This document shows positions 10,234-21,487 of a DNA stretch of 64,000 nucleotides, piece after piece. Position 1 is the stretch's first letter; every line of letters begins with the position of its first letter. Location: contig OZ246966.1 of NCBI GenBank assembly GCA_965232405.1, positions 1,417,731 through 1,481,730 of the forward strand, written 5' to 3'. The notes below the pieces were generated by a model. It made no database searches. It was given only the letters and a program-made list of their open reading frames with translations, and had not been told where the DNA came from. The DNA comes from Rhizobiaceae bacterium (GTDB lineage: Bacteria > Pseudomonadota > Alphaproteobacteria > Rhizobiales > Rhizobiaceae). The position numbers and the translations under genes are program-made.

Positions 10234-11160
10234 TCAGCGCGAAGCAAAGCCGTCGGCGATCTGCCGGGCGACAGCATAATCCTCACCATCGACCACACTG
10301 AATCCGCCTCCCCGGTAGGGCTCCAGAAGCTCATAGATCTCCGGCTGCTGCTCATGCAGGCTGACCAGAAAACGACCAAGGCGGCCCTTCAGCTCTTCCG
10401 GCAGTTCCGAGCGCACCACGTGCGGGCCGTAGGTCAACGTACCGGACGACCAGATCACTTTCAGGTCGTCTCCGTTCACGCCGGCGGCCTTGAGGCGCGC
10501 CAGCGATCCTGATCGCACCTCCGTCCACTGCGCAGCGTGCGCAGGCTCCCAGCCGACAAGGACATCCGCGTCGCCTGCGGCAAACGACGCCTCGGCCTCG
10601 CCGTGCGACGGCGCATGGACAATCGTGCCGGCGCGGCCGGGCACACCGGCCTCGTTGACGGCGGCCAGCGCCAGCACCTGCGGGCCGAGATCGTCAGCGG
10701 GTCCCGCAACCAGACGGGCGCCGGACCATTGCTGCAGGTCGTCATAAGTGCCGCTCCGCGCGATCACGACCGCGCGCATGCCGACCACGCCGTCAACGCC
10801 CCGCGGAGCCGCAACCGGCTCGACACAGCCACAATAGGCGTCCGTCACCGCATAGGCCGTTGCGGATAAGATCGCGTAGTGGACGCGCTGCTGCGATATC
10901 GCGCGGATCAGGGAGGGATAGTCACGCGCGACAAGTATCTCGGCCGGAATGCCGGCGGCCCGTTCGAACGCAGCAGTCATCTGCTTCAGGCCGGCAACGC
11001 CGCGTCCGCCTGAAGGCGACACCATGCCGATGCGCAGCGTGCCGATCTCGTCCTGCCAGTCGGCGAGCGCAGGAGAAGCGGAGGCAAGCGCTAACCCCGC
11101 CAGAGCAAAGCCGGCGCTTTTTGCGCTGCCAAGAACCTTATTGAAGCTCCTGCCCGTCAT
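10234..11160 (-). CDS. PhnD-like phosphate/phosphonate ABC substrate-binding protein
   Basis: Signal peptide ALA|DW, LRIG, DYPSLI, GPHVVRSELPEELK. Confidence 0.75.
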   Translation of the reverse strand: MTGRSFNKVLGSAKSAGFALAGLALASASPALADWQDEIGTLRIGMVSPSGGRGVAGLKQMTAAFERAAGIPAEILVARDYPSLIRAISQQRVHYAILSATAYAVTDAYCGCVEPVAAPRGVDGVVGMRAVVIARSGTYDDLQQWSGARLVAGPADDLGPQVLALAAVNEAGVPGRAGTIVHAPSHGEAEASFAAGDADVLVGWEPAHAAQWTEVRSGSLARLKAAGVNGDDLKVIWSSGTLTYGPHVVRSELPEELKGRLGRFLVSLHEQQPEIYELLEPYRGGGFSVVDGEDYAVARQIADGFASR

Positions 11161-11290
11161 TCAAACACCCGTTACGCCACTCAAGCCCCCATAATCGGGC
11201 CAAGGCGTTGCGTTTTGGTTTCCTGTTTGCCAATCCGCCGCTTCAATTCTATCTCTGGAGATTACTTTCGAAGACCGGCAGTTCGCCCAG

Positions 11291-12523
11291 ATGGCCCGCG
11301 CATTCCTTTTTGTACTCGATTCCTTCGGCATAGGCGGCGCGCCGGACGCCGCAAAATTCGGCGACGAAGGCTCCGATACATACGGGCACATTCTGGCTCG
11401 TTGTGCCGCTGGTGAGGGCGACCGGGAGGGTTTGCGCAGCGGACCGCTGCAACTTCCCAACATGCGCCGGCTCGGCCTCGATCATGCGGCTTCGCTCGCC
11501 ACTGGCCGTGCGCCGGGGACGGACATCGTGCCCGAAGGGTTTTTCGGAGCGGCCAGCGAGATTTCCAGCGGCAAGGACACGCCGTCCGGCCACTGGGAGA
11601 TCGCGGGCGTGCCGGTCACTTTCGACTGGGGCTATTTCCCAGAGACGGTACCCACCTTTCCGGTAGAACTGACAGAGGCGGCAATCGCGGAAGGAAAGCT
11701 GCCGGGCATTCTCGGCAACTGCCATGCCTCAGGCACCGAAATCATTGCGCGGCTGGGCGAGGAGCATGTCGCGACCGGCAAGCCGATCTTCTACACATCG
11801 GCGGACTCTGTCATCCAGATTGCAGCGCACGAGACCGCGTTCGGGCTGGAGCGCCTCTACGAGCTTTGCATCCTGGTCCGCCGGCTCGCCGAGCCCTACA
11901 ATGTCGGGCGAGTGATCGCGCGACCCTTTGTCGGCGAGAGCGCAGCCGATTTCAGCCGCACCTCCAACCGCCGCGACTACGCCGTACCGCCGCCGGAGCC
12001 GACCCTGCTCGACCGCAACATCGAAGCCGACCAGCGCGTGCTGGCGGTCGGCAAGATTGGAGACATATTCGCACATCAGGGCATTTCGGAGGTGCGAAAA
12101 GCGCCGGACAACATGGCGATGTTCGGTGCTGCACTCGGTGCGATGGACGATGCGGTCGACGGCGATCTCGTCTTCGTCAATTTCGTCGATTTCGACTCGC
12201 TCTATGGTCACCGGCGCGACGTGCCGGGTTATGCCGCAGCACTTGAAGCGTTCGATCGGCGGCTGCCGGAGGCGCTGGCGAAACTCCGGACTGGTGACAT
12301 GCTGATCCTGACTGCCGACCACGGCAATGATCCGACATGGAGCGGTACCGACCACACACGCGAGCGCGTGCCGGTGATCGGCACGGGTCCGGGGCTCACA
12401 AGCGTCTCGGTGGGCGTGCGCGACACGTTTGCGGATATCGGTGAGACCGTTGCGGCACATCTCGGGCTGGAACCCGGGCCGCACGGACAGTCCTTCCGCA
12501 ACATGCTGGACGGCGATGCCTGA
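11291..12523 (+). CDS. deoB: Phosphopentomutase
   Basis: [43 protein letters not shown]. Confidence 0.96.
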   Translation: MARAFLFVLDSFGIGGAPDAAKFGDEGSDTYGHILARCAAGEGDREGLRSGPLQLPNMRRLGLDHAASLATGRAPGTDIVPEGFFGAASEISSGKDTPSGHWEIAGVPVTFDWGYFPETVPTFPVELTEAAIAEGKLPGILGNCHASGTEIIARLGEEHVATGKPIFYTSADSVIQIAAHETAFGLERLYELCILVRRLAEPYNVGRVIARPFVGESAADFSRTSNRRDYAVPPPEPTLLDRNIEADQRVLAVGKIGDIFAHQGISEVRKAPDNMAMFGAALGAMDDAVDGDLVFVNFVDFDSLYGHRRDVPGYAAALEAFDRRLPEALAKLRTGDMLILTADHGNDPTWSGTDHTRERVPVIGTGPGLTSVSVGVRDTFADIGETVAAHLGLEPGPHGQSFRNMLDGDA

Positions 12524-13409
12524 GCTTCCGGAGGTCGAAACCGTTCGCCGAGGCCTCCAGCCGGTTATGGAAGGGGCGGTCATCGAACGGGTCGAACAGA
12601 GGCGGCCCGACCTGCGCTTCCCCTTCCCCGAGCGGTTTTCCGAACAGTTGAGCGGCCGCACCGTGACGGCCATTTCGCGGCGCGCAAAATACCTCACCTT
12701 TCACCTCGACCGGGATCCGGTGCTGATCGCACATCTCGGCATGTCAGGCTCATTTCGTATCGAGAGCGGCGATGCGTCCAACACGCCGGGAGTGTTTCAC
12801 CACGAACGTTCGAAAGAAGCCGCGCATGACCATGTGGTCTTCCACCTGCGTTCCACGGCGGGCGAAGCGTCCCGCGTCGTCTTCAACGATCCGCGCCGCT
12901 TCGGTTTCATGCTGTTTTCCGACGCCGCAACGCTGGCTGAGCATCCCATGCTGGCCGGGCTTGGCGTCGAACCGACCGGCAATACGCTCGACGGCGAACT
13001 GCTCAACAGCTTGCTGCGGGAGAAACGTGCGCCATTGAAGGCGGCCCTGCTAGATCAGCGGCTCATCGCCGGCCTCGGCAACATTTATGTATGCGAGGCG
13101 TTGTGGCGAGCCGGCCTGTCGCCAAAACGCATGGCAGGTTCGATCGCTTCGAGGCGCCGCGCCGGGACGCCGCGAACCGAACGCCTCGCCACGGCGATAA
13201 GGGAAGTGATTGCCGATGCCATCGCTGCCGGGGGATCGTCGCTCAGGGACTATGTCCATACGGACGGGTCGCTCGGCTACTTCCAGCACGCATTCAGCGT
13301 CTATGACCGCGAAGGCGAACCGTGCAGGTCCGATGGTTGCAAAGGGGCTGTGCAACGGATCGTGCAGTCGGGTCGTTCGACATTCTATTGCAGCACCTGC
13401 CAGCGCTAG
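12516..13409 (+). CDS. mutM: Formamidopyrimidine-DNA glycosylase
   Basis: MPELPEVET start, HLGMSG, GLGNIY, C-terminal Zn finger [10 protein letters not shown]. Confidence 0.97.
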   Translation: MPELPEVETVRRGLQPVMEGAVIERVEQRRPDLRFPFPERFSEQLSGRTVTAISRRAKYLTFHLDRDPVLIAHLGMSGSFRIESGDASNTPGVFHHERSKEAAHDHVVFHLRSTAGEASRVVFNDPRRFGFMLFSDAATLAEHPMLAGLGVEPTGNTLDGELLNSLLREKRAPLKAALLDQRLIAGLGNIYVCEALWRAGLSPKRMAGSIASRRRAGTPRTERLATAIREVIADAIAAGGSSLRDYVHTDGSLGYFQHAFSVYDREGEPCRSDGCKGAVQRIVQSGRSTFYCSTCQR

Positions 13410-13452
13410 ATAGACCCAAGGCAACAACCAGTTCCGACCGGAGGACAGCACA

Positions 13453-14226
13453 TTGGCATATGAGACCATCCTGACCGAGACACGCGGCAAGGTCGGTTTG
13501 ATCACGCTTAACCGGCCCAAGGCGCTCAATGCGCTGAACACCACCGTCATGGCGGAGGTGATCGAGGCGGCTGCCCAGTTCGACAAGGACGCCAAGGTCG
13601 GCGCGATCGTCATCACCGGTTCGGAGAAAGCGTTCGCGGCCGGCGCCGACATCAAGGAAATGCAGCCCAAGTCTTACATGGATACCTTCCTGGAGGATTT
13701 CTTTGCCGATTGGGACGCGCTGCTGCGGGTGCGCAAGCCGATCGTCGCGGCGGTGGCGGGTTATGCGCTGGGCGGCGGCTGCGAGCTTGCCATGATGTGC
13801 GATTTCATCATCGCGGCCGACAACGCAAAGTTCGGCCAGCCGGAAATCACGCTCGGCGTCATCCCGGGAATGGGCGGCTCCCAGCGGCTTACACGCTTCG
13901 TCGGAAAGGCCAAGGCAATGGACATGTGCCTGACCGGCAGGATGATGGATGCCGACGAAGCCGAGCGGTCCGGCCTGGTTTCCCGCGTCGTGCCTCTGGA
14001 CGATCTTCTGGACGAGACATTCAAGGCCGCCGACAAAATCGCCGACCTTTCCCTGCCGTCGGTGATCCTGGCCAAGGAAGCGGTGAACAGAGCCTACGAG
14101 ACCACGCTTTCGGAGGGTCTGCGCTTCGAGCGCAGGGTCTTCCATTCGCTGTTTGCGACCGACGACCAGAAGGAAGGCATGACCGCCTTTACCGAAAAGA
14201 GGTCGCCCGGATTTCAGAACCGCTGA
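13453..14226 (+). CDS. Enoyl-CoA hydratase
   Basis: [26 protein letters not shown]. Confidence 0.93.
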   Translation: MAYETILTETRGKVGLITLNRPKALNALNTTVMAEVIEAAAQFDKDAKVGAIVITGSEKAFAAGADIKEMQPKSYMDTFLEDFFADWDALLRVRKPIVAAVAGYALGGGCELAMMCDFIIAADNAKFGQPEITLGVIPGMGGSQRLTRFVGKAKAMDMCLTGRMMDADEAERSGLVSRVVPLDDLLDETFKAADKIADLSLPSVILAKEAVNRAYETTLSEGLRFERRVFHSLFATDDQKEGMTAFTEKRSPGFQNR

Positions 14227-14254
14227 AAGTGGGCCAAAACGCCCGCAATCGGCG

Positions 14255-14283
14255 TTGACGGGCAGGGTAAGCTGGACTATAAG
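14255..14283 (+). promoter_or_regulatory. Sigma70-type promoter of rpsT
   Basis: TTGACG-N17-TATAAG. Confidence 0.75.
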
Positions 14284-14377
14284 CCGCCGCACTTGAGGCG
14301 GCCTGTGGCTGCCGTTTTGTTTTTTGGCCTGTCCGGCATGCGGAACACTGGCCAACTCAGTTCGATAGAGAGGCATC

Positions 14378-14644
14378 ATGGCCAATACGTCTTCGGCCAA
14401 GAAGGCAACGCGCAAGATTGCGCGCCGTACACTGATCAACAAGAGCAGGCGCTCGCGCGTTCGCGGATATGTCCGCAAGGTCGAGGAAGCTCTCGCAGCC
14501 GGCGACAAGGCCGCGGCCGAAGCCGCTCTCAAGGCTGCCCAGCCGGAGCTGATGCGCGCTGCGACCAAGGGCGTGATGCACAAGAACACGGCATCGCGGA
14601 AAGTCTCCAGGCTCGCTCACAGGGTTAAGACCCTTTCGAGCTGA
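14378..14644 (+). CDS. rpsT: 30S ribosomal protein S20
   Basis: [12 protein letters not shown]...[12 protein letters not shown]. Confidence 0.98.
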   Translation: MANTSSAKKATRKIARRTLINKSRRSRVRGYVRKVEEALAAGDKAAAEAALKAAQPELMRAATKGVMHKNTASRKVSRLAHRVKTLSS

Positions 14645-14673
14645 CCCGGCCCTTGCAGACCAGAATTTGATTA

Positions 14674-14703
14674 CCCGGCGTAACGCGCCGGGTTTTTCTT
14701 TTT
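14674..14703 (+). terminator. Rho-independent terminator after rpsT
   Basis: CCCGGCG-taacg-CGCCGGG followed by TTTTTCTTTTT. Confidence 0.85.
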
Positions 14704-14815
14704 GGGAGCAAGGAGTTGTGAAATTCGCCGAGGCGTCACAACGGCCGGCTCCGCTTTTCATTTGCCGGCACAAAAGGCTGCCGGAAGACCCCCAAAGCAG
14801 GCCGTCATCAAGGCC

Positions 14816-14865
14816 TGTGCATAAGTTTCGCTTCAAAAACAAATACTTGCTGAAGATTGTCCACA
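14816..14865. promoter_or_regulatory. Two DnaA boxes upstream of dnaA
   Basis: TGTGCATAA (14816-14824, = TTATGCACA) and TTGTCCACA (14857-14865). Confidence 0.6.
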
Positions 14866-15441
14866 TGCGGTCAAGGTGCCGCAGCGGCAGTACTCGCTAA
14901 GTGCAAGTCAAGCAATTTTTTTAACTATTTTTTGCCGGCGGCTGAGAAGCGGCGCATTCTGAGGAAGATTTTGATTCATAACGGTTTAGCCAAAACCGAC
15001 CCGAAATTGCGCGCTCTTTCAAGCCGGCGAAGGGCCGTGATTCGCAAAATTGCGGTCTTCGCGCCCTTGCTCTTTTGGCCGCGGGTTTTGTAAAGTCTGC
15101 CAATCGAAGGGGGCGAGCTGCGGCTCTGCCAATAAGCTAAAAAGAGACATCACGGTCGCCGTGCGTGTTTGTGCGCGGACAGGTGTCTTTTGCTCTCTTC
15201 GATAGGAACGCGAAGTAATTTTGATGTCCTGACGGATGATTGCAATCCGGGGCTCTCGCCCCGGAAGTGGGGAGTTTGTGCCTTTTTCCGGCCTGCGAAA
15301 TTTCATGCGCCAGCCGGCAACAACCAGGAGGTTTTCAATCAGTTTCCAGTGCGTGGGAACCAAAACGAGGCAAGGCGACCGCGGCGGGGTTTGCGAGGAA
15401 CCCATGGATGACGGTCGTCAAAAAAGAGAGAAACCAGGGAA

Positions 15442-16980
15442 ATGGATATGCAGAGCGGCGTCGAACGGGAAGGCAAGGCGAACCTTTCTTCGACTGAGGG
15501 AACAAGCGGGGGAACCGGCGCATCAAAAGCCGGAGACGCAAACAAGAATTTTGAACGGGTAAAGGCGCAGCTCAAGGCGCGTCTCGGCGCGGAGGTCTAT
15601 TCGAGCTGGTTCGGCCGCATGAAGCTAGCCGAGGCCTCCAAAGGCGTCGTGCGGCTTTCGGTGCCGACAGCCTTCCTGCGCTCGTGGATCAACGGTCACT
15701 ATGTCGACCTCGTTGCCGAGCTCTGGCGCCAGGGCGATCCGGACCTCCTGAAGCTTGAGATCGTCGTGCGCAGCAGCGTGCGGCCCGGGCGGGCGCTCAT
15801 AGACGAGAGCCAGCCACAGGCCGGCAGCGCGGCCGGCAAGGCGGCAATCGCTCCGCATGCGAAGGTCGCGATCAACGGACGGACCGACAAACCGTCGCGC
15901 GGGCAGACCGGGGAGTCCACGCGCAGCAATGTGCTCGGCTCGCCACTCGACGGGCGCTACACCTTCCAGTCCTTCATCGAGGGTCCCTCGAACCGTGTGG
16001 CGCTGGCGGCGGCGCGGGCGATCGCGGAATCGGGATCGAACGCGGTGCGTTTCAATCCGCTGTTCCTGCATGCATCCGTAGGCCTGGGTAAGACGCACCT
16101 GCTTCAGGCCATTGCCTCCGAGGCTTTGCGCAACAGGCCGCAGGCGCGGGTCGTCTATCTGACGGCGGAGTATTTCATGTGGCGGTTTGCAACAGCGATC
16201 CGCGACAACAATGCGCTGACGCTCAAGGAGCAGTTGCGCGACATCGACCTTCTCATCATCGACGACATGCAGTTTCTGCAGGGCAAATCGATCCAGAACG
16301 AGTTCTGCCACCTGATCAACATGCTGCTCGACAGCGCGCGTCAGGTCGTCGTCGCAGCCGACAGGCCGCCGGCAGAGCTTGAATCGCTGGAGCCACGCGT
16401 GCGCTCCCGCCTCAATGGCGGGGTGGCGCTGGAGATGACCTCGCCCGACTACGAGATGCGGCTTTCCATCCTTCAGCAGCGGCTGGCCGCGGCACAGGTG
16501 GAAGACAAGTCGCTCGACATACCGTCGGAAATACTGGAGCACATTGCGCGCTCCGTCACCGGCAGCGGGCGCGAGCTTGAGGGTGCGTTCAACCAGCTTC
16601 TGTTCCGACACTCCTTCGAACCACAGATCAGCATCGACCGCGTGGACGAGATCCTGGGTCACATCTGCCGCGCGGGCGAGCCGAAACGGGTGCGCATCGA
16701 GGACATCCAGCGTATCGTCGCGCGACACTACAACGTCTCGAAGACGGAACTTCTGTCCAACCGGCGCACGCGCACCATCGTCAAGCCAAGGCAGGTCGCG
16801 ATGTATCTGTCGAAAGTGATGACGCCGCGGTCGCTGCCTGAAATCGGCCGGCGGTTTGGCGGCAGGGATCATACAACAGTGCTTCACGCGGTCCGCAAGA
16901 TCGAGGGGCTTTCGGGCGGCGACAATACGCTGGCGCAGGAGATTGAACTGCTCAAAAGGCTGATTGCCGAGCAGGCCTGA
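15442..16980 (+). CDS. dnaA: Chromosomal replication initiator DnaA
   Basis: [40 protein letters not shown]. Confidence 0.98.
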   Translation: MDMQSGVEREGKANLSSTEGTSGGTGASKAGDANKNFERVKAQLKARLGAEVYSSWFGRMKLAEASKGVVRLSVPTAFLRSWINGHYVDLVAELWRQGDPDLLKLEIVVRSSVRPGRALIDESQPQAGSAAGKAAIAPHAKVAINGRTDKPSRGQTGESTRSNVLGSPLDGRYTFQSFIEGPSNRVALAAARAIAESGSNAVRFNPLFLHASVGLGKTHLLQAIASEALRNRPQARVVYLTAEYFMWRFATAIRDNNALTLKEQLRDIDLLIIDDMQFLQGKSIQNEFCHLINMLLDSARQVVVAADRPPAELESLEPRVRSRLNGGVALEMTSPDYEMRLSILQQRLAAAQVEDKSLDIPSEILEHIARSVTGSGRELEGAFNQLLFRHSFEPQISIDRVDEILGHICRAGEPKRVRIEDIQRIVARHYNVSKTELLSNRRTRTIVKPRQVAMYLSKVMTPRSLPEIGRRFGGRDHTTVLHAVRKIEGLSGGDNTLAQEIELLKRLIAEQA

Positions 16981-17004
16981 GACACGACGGAGAGGGGATG
17001 CGGC

Positions 17005-17033
17005 AAGGCCGGGTGCCAGGCACCCGGCCTTTT
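17005..17033 (+). terminator. Hairpin terminator after dnaA
   Basis: AAGGCCGGGTGC-cag-GCACCCGGCCTT then TT. Confidence 0.75.
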
Positions 17034-17196
17034 CCCCAACTAGACACTTCAGGCAGCGCGTGAAAGGCCCATCGGACTTGCCTTTCGCCCGGATTTCCTG
17101 TCAGTTTGGCTCGATTCTGGCCCATTCGCGGCTGTTCGGGATCAGGCAGGTTTTCTTCTGTAGCCAATCCCGCATTCCTGATGAGACCGCCCTGTC

Positions 17197-18315
17197 ATGC
17201 GTGTAATCCTCGAACGCTCGAACCTCCTCAAATCCCTCAACCACGTGCATCGCGTGGTGGAGCGGCGGAACACGATTCCAATCCTGTCCAACGTGCTGCT
17301 CAATGCCGACGGCGCCAGCCTGGAGATGAAAGCGACCGACCTCGACCTCGAGGTCACCGAGGCGACGCCCGCCAATGTCGAACAGGCAGGCGCGACGACC
17401 GTACCGGCACATCTGCTCTACGATATCGTGCGCAAGCTGTCGGAAGGTGCGGAGGTGATGCTGAAGACCGACGAGAGCGGAAGCTCCATGTCAGTCGTTT
17501 CGGGTCGCTCGAGTTTCAAGCTTCAGTGCCTGCCGCAATCCGATTTCCCGCAGCTCAGCGCCGGTTCGTTCAGCCATATCTTCCGGCTGGATTCTACGGC
17601 GCTCAGGGCGCTGATCGAAAACACCCAGTTCGCGATCTCGACCGAAGAAACGCGCTATTATCTGAACGGCATATTCATGCACACGCATGACGAAGGCGGC
17701 ACGCTGATGCTGCGCGCTGTTGCGACCGACGGGCACCGCCTCGCGCGGGCCGAGGTCGAGGCGCCGGCCGGTTCGGAAGGCATGCCGGGCATCATCATCC
17801 CGCGCAAGACCGTCAGCGAGCTGCAGAAGCTGGTCGACGATCCCGATGTCGCGGTCACCGTCGAACTGTCGGACACCAAGATCCGCTTCACCATCGGCTC
17901 GGTCGTGCTGACCTCGAAACTGATCGACGGCACCTTCCCCGACTATGAGCGGGTGATCCCGACCGGCAATGACAAGAAGCTCATCATCGACCGGCAGACC
18001 TTCGCCAACGCCGTCGACCGCGTGTCGACCATTTCGTCGGAGCGTGGTCGCGCAGTGAAGATGTCGATTGCCGAGGGACAGGTTACGCTGGCCGTCAACA
18101 ACCCCGATTCCGGCAGCGCGACGGAAGAACTCGCGGCGGACTATGGTTCCGACCCGATCGATATCGGCTTCAACGCCAAATATCTGCTCGATGTTGCAGC
18201 CCAGCTCAGCGGCAGCGAAGCCCGCTTCATGCTGGCAGATGCCGGCTCGCCGACGATCATTCAGGACACCGCCGACGAACGCACGCTCTATGTGCTGATG
18301 CCGATGCGGGTCTAG
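17197..18315 (+). CDS. dnaN: DNA polymerase III beta clamp
   Basis: ATDLDL, ATDGHRLA, SKLIDGTFPDYERVIP, VLMPMRV. Confidence 0.98.
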   Translation: MRVILERSNLLKSLNHVHRVVERRNTIPILSNVLLNADGASLEMKATDLDLEVTEATPANVEQAGATTVPAHLLYDIVRKLSEGAEVMLKTDESGSSMSVVSGRSSFKLQCLPQSDFPQLSAGSFSHIFRLDSTALRALIENTQFAISTEETRYYLNGIFMHTHDEGGTLMLRAVATDGHRLARAEVEAPAGSEGMPGIIIPRKTVSELQKLVDDPDVAVTVELSDTKIRFTIGSVVLTSKLIDGTFPDYERVIPTGNDKKLIIDRQTFANAVDRVSTISSERGRAVKMSIAEGQVTLAVNNPDSGSATEELAADYGSDPIDIGFNAKYLLDVAAQLSGSEARFMLADAGSPTIIQDTADERTLYVLMPMRV

Positions 18316-18320
18316 GGCGT

Positions 18321-19502
18321 GTGCCCGCCGAGCCCGAAGCCTCCGCCAGCACGGCGCCGCCACAGGTCCACGTCACCCGTCTGGCGCTGAGCGATTTTCG
18401 CAACTACGCCCAGCTTTCGCTCGATCTGGCGCCGGGGGCGGTGGTGTTCACCGGCCAGAATGGTGCGGGCAAGACCAATCTTCTGGAAGCGATTTCGTTT
18501 CTGACGCCTGGCCGCGGACTGCGCCGGGCGCAACTTGCCGACGTTGCGCGCACCGGCTCGTCAAGCGGCTTCGCCGTTCATGCCTCGATAGACGGGCCGG
18601 CTGGCGACGCCGAGATCGGCACAGGAACCGCGGGCGCGAATGGCGAACCCGGCGAAGGCGGACGCAAGGTCCGCATCAACGGTGCGACCGCGCGCAGCGC
18701 CGATGCGATGCTGGAATGGCTGCGGGTGATCTGGCTCACGCCAGTGATGGACCAGCTCTTTACCGGTCCCGCCTCCGACCGCCGCCGGTTCCTCGATCGT
18801 CTCGTCATGACAGTCGACCCGGCTCACGGCCAACGCGCAATCGCGTACGAAAAGGCGATGCGCAACCGCAATCGCCTGTTTGCAGACGATGTGCATGATG
18901 AGCGCTGGTTCGAGGCTATCGAAACACAGATGGCCGAGGCGGGCACCGCAATTGCGGCAGCGCGCGCCGAACTGGTCAAGCTGATGTCGGCTATGGTCGA
19001 ACGCCAACCCGATGACAGCCCGTTCCCCCGAGCGGCACTTTCGCTGTCAGGTGTACTGGAAGCAGAGATCGGCGAAAAGCCGGCCGTAGACGTTGAAGAA
19101 GGGTTCCGTACTACACTTGCGGTCGAGCGCCACCGGGACCGCGCCGCCGGGCGCACGCTTGCCGGGCCGCATCGCACAGACCTTCTGGTGCGGCACGTGC
19201 CAAAGGATCAGGCGGCTGAACTGTGCTCCACCGGCGAGCAGAAGGCGCTTCTGGTCGGCATGGTATTGGCGCATGCGCAACTGGTGGGTGAGATCGCCGG
19301 TATGGCGCCCATCCTTTTGCTCGATGAAATTGCTGCGCATTTCGACGCCAATCGGCGCGCCGCCCTCTTTGACATCCTTGAACGCCTCAACTGCCAGTAT
19401 TTCGCCACGGGCACCGAACCCGGCCTGTTTGAGTCACTGAGCGGGCGCGCGCAGTTTCTCACCGTCGATGCGGGCCACGTCTCGCCCACCGAAGGTGCAT
19501 GA
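18321..19502 (+). CDS. recF: RecF
   Basis: FRNY, GQNGAGKTN, STGEQKAL, LLLDE. Confidence 0.96.
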   Translation: MPAEPEASASTAPPQVHVTRLALSDFRNYAQLSLDLAPGAVVFTGQNGAGKTNLLEAISFLTPGRGLRRAQLADVARTGSSSGFAVHASIDGPAGDAEIGTGTAGANGEPGEGGRKVRINGATARSADAMLEWLRVIWLTPVMDQLFTGPASDRRRFLDRLVMTVDPAHGQRAIAYEKAMRNRNRLFADDVHDERWFEAIETQMAEAGTAIAAARAELVKLMSAMVERQPDDSPFPRAALSLSGVLEAEIGEKPAVDVEEGFRTTLAVERHRDRAAGRTLAGPHRTDLLVRHVPKDQAAELCSTGEQKALLVGMVLAHAQLVGEIAGMAPILLLDEIAAHFDANRRAALFDILERLNCQYFATGTEPGLFESLSGRAQFLTVDAGHVSPTEGA

Positions 19503-19535
19503 CAAGGTCCGCTCCCGGGATTAGGTTCCACCGTC

Positions 19536-20300
19536 ATGGATGACAGGGTCATACAACTCGACGCCACCGAACTTGAGCGTTATGCGCGTCACATCGTGCT
19601 GCCGGAAATCGGCGGGCCGGGCCAGCAAAAGCTGAAACGCGCGCGTGTTCTGGTTATCGGTGCCGGCGGGCTCGGCGCGCCGCTGATTGCCTATCTCGCG
19701 GCTGCCGGCGTCGGCACGATCGGCATTGTCGATGACGACGTGGTCTCGCTCTCCAATCTGCAACGGCAGATGATCCACGACACCGAGGCGGTTGGAACAC
19801 ACAAAACGACAAGCGCTGCAAATGCTGTCGCGCGCATCAACCCGCATGTCCGGGTCGAGGAACACAGGCTCAGGATCAGCGCCGACAATGCGGCGGACCT
19901 GGTCGCAGCCTACGATTTCGTGGCCGACGGGTCCGACAATTTCGATACACGCTACGCCATGGCGGATGCGTGCGAGGCTGCCAGCAAGCCGCTCGTCTCT
20001 GCAGCCGTCGGGCGCTTCGACGGAACGCTAACCGTTCTGAAGCCGTTCGAGAAGAATCCCGCGGGCAATCTCAATCCCGGCTATCGCGACCTGTTTCCCG
20101 AGCCGCCTCCGGCCGGAATGGTGCCATCCTGCGCGGAAGCCGGCGTTCTGGGGGCGCTCACCGGCGTCATGGGCACCCTGCAGGCGATGGAGGTCATCAA
20201 GCTGGTCACCGGAATAGGCGATCCGCTGGTCGGTCGGCTCCTGATGTATGACGCGCTTGGCGCGCGGTTCGACACGGTCAGCTACAAACGCAGCAGCTGA
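19536..20300 (+). CDS. moeB: MoeB/ThiF family adenylyltransferase
   Basis: RYARHIVL, GAGGLG, SNLQRQ, SCAEAGVLG. Confidence 0.92.
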   Translation: MDDRVIQLDATELERYARHIVLPEIGGPGQQKLKRARVLVIGAGGLGAPLIAYLAAAGVGTIGIVDDDVVSLSNLQRQMIHDTEAVGTHKTTSAANAVARINPHVRVEEHRLRISADNAADLVAAYDFVADGSDNFDTRYAMADACEAASKPLVSAAVGRFDGTLTVLKPFEKNPAGNLNPGYRDLFPEPPPAGMVPSCAEAGVLGALTGVMGTLQAMEVIKLVTGIGDPLVGRLLMYDALGARFDTVSYKRSS

Positions 20301-20321
20301 GCAGAAGTCGCTCGTGCCGCA

Positions 20322-21323
20322 TCACCCACGCATGGGCAATACACGGTCAGGCGGCCGATGACCGTCGAACAGCGTGCGGATGTTGATGATCACCTTCTCG
20401 CCCATATCGATGCGGCCCTCGATCGTGGCCGACCCCATGTGAGGCAGCAGAACAACCCTGCCCTTCGCCGCCAGCTTGACGAGCTTCGGATTGACGGCGG
20501 GTTCGTGCTCGAAGACATCGAGCCCTGCGCCAGCCAGCTTGCCTTCCTGGATCAGCCGCACCAGCGCGTCTTCGTCGACAATGTCGCCACGCGCGGTGTT
20601 GACCAGGTAGGACCGCGGCTGCATCAGCTCCAGCCGGCGCGCCGACAGGAGATGAAAGGTTGCCGGCGTCGACGGGCAATGAACAGAGATGATGTCCATG
20701 CGCGCCAGCATCTGGTCGAGGCTGTCCCAATAGGTGGCCTCGAGCTCGTCCTCCACAGACGGCATCACCCGGTTTCGGTTGTGATAGTGGATCGAAAGTC
20801 CGAAGGCCTTGGCGCGGCGGGCAACGGCAGTGCCGATGCGGCCCATGCCGACAATGCCAAGGCGCTTGCCCCAAATGCGATGCCCCAGCATCCATGTGGG
20901 CGACCATCCTGACCATTTGCCGCCATCCTGCAGCAGCGCCGCGCCTTCGGTCAGCCGGCGCGGGACGGCCAGCATCAGCGCCATTGTCATGTCGGCGGTG
21001 TCTTCGTTGAGCACGTTGGGCGTGTTGGTGACGGTAATGCCCTTTTGGGTCGCAGCGGCAATGTCGATATTGTCGACGCCATTGCCGAAATTGGCGATCA
21101 GTTTGAGCTGCTCGCCGGCCTGCGAAATCAGTGCTGCGTCGATGCGGTCGGTAATCGTTGGCACCAGAACGTCAGCCTCGCGCATCGCAGCAACCAGCTC
21201 GGGCTGCGACATCGGCTTGTCGTCCACGTTCAGCCGCGCTTCGAACAGCTCGCGCATACGCGTTTCGACCTGATCGGGCAGTTTGCGCGTGATGACGACA
21301 AGGGGCTTCTTTTTGCCTGGCAT
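20322..21323 (-). CDS. 2-hydroxyacid (D-glycerate/glyoxylate) dehydrogenase
   Basis: GIVGMGRIG, VNTARG, GLDVFEHEP, LPHMGSAT. Confidence 0.93.
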   Translation of the reverse strand: MPGKKKPLVVITRKLPDQVETRMRELFEARLNVDDKPMSQPELVAAMREADVLVPTITDRIDAALISQAGEQLKLIANFGNGVDNIDIAAATQKGITVTNTPNVLNEDTADMTMALMLAVPRRLTEGAALLQDGGKWSGWSPTWMLGHRIWGKRLGIVGMGRIGTAVARRAKAFGLSIHYHNRNRVMPSVEDELEATYWDSLDQMLARMDIISVHCPSTPATFHLLSARRLELMQPRSYLVNTARGDIVDEDALVRLIQEGKLAGAGLDVFEHEPAVNPKLVKLAAKGRVVLLPHMGSATIEGRIDMGEKVIINIRTLFDGHRPPDRVLPMRG

Positions 21324-21487
21324 CGCTTCCTCAAATTGCGGGCCGTTGAGACCTCTTTAACCAGAACAGGCGACACTTCTCGGCGTTGCCGGCCTGCTTT
21401 TTGTCTACCAAGTCGGCCCGACGAAAACAAAGGAAAAGGGTTGGAGCGCGATACCGACCGCTCCCCTTTGACAGTAACGGAATTTCG

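Noticed and set aside
15169-15562. Short ORFs in the dnaA leader
   Set aside because: No convincing SD or motif; a regulatory uORF cannot be supported without Ribo-seq
19503-19535. gyrB missing after recF
   Set aside because: dnaA-dnaN-recF without adjacent gyrB is not unusual in this order
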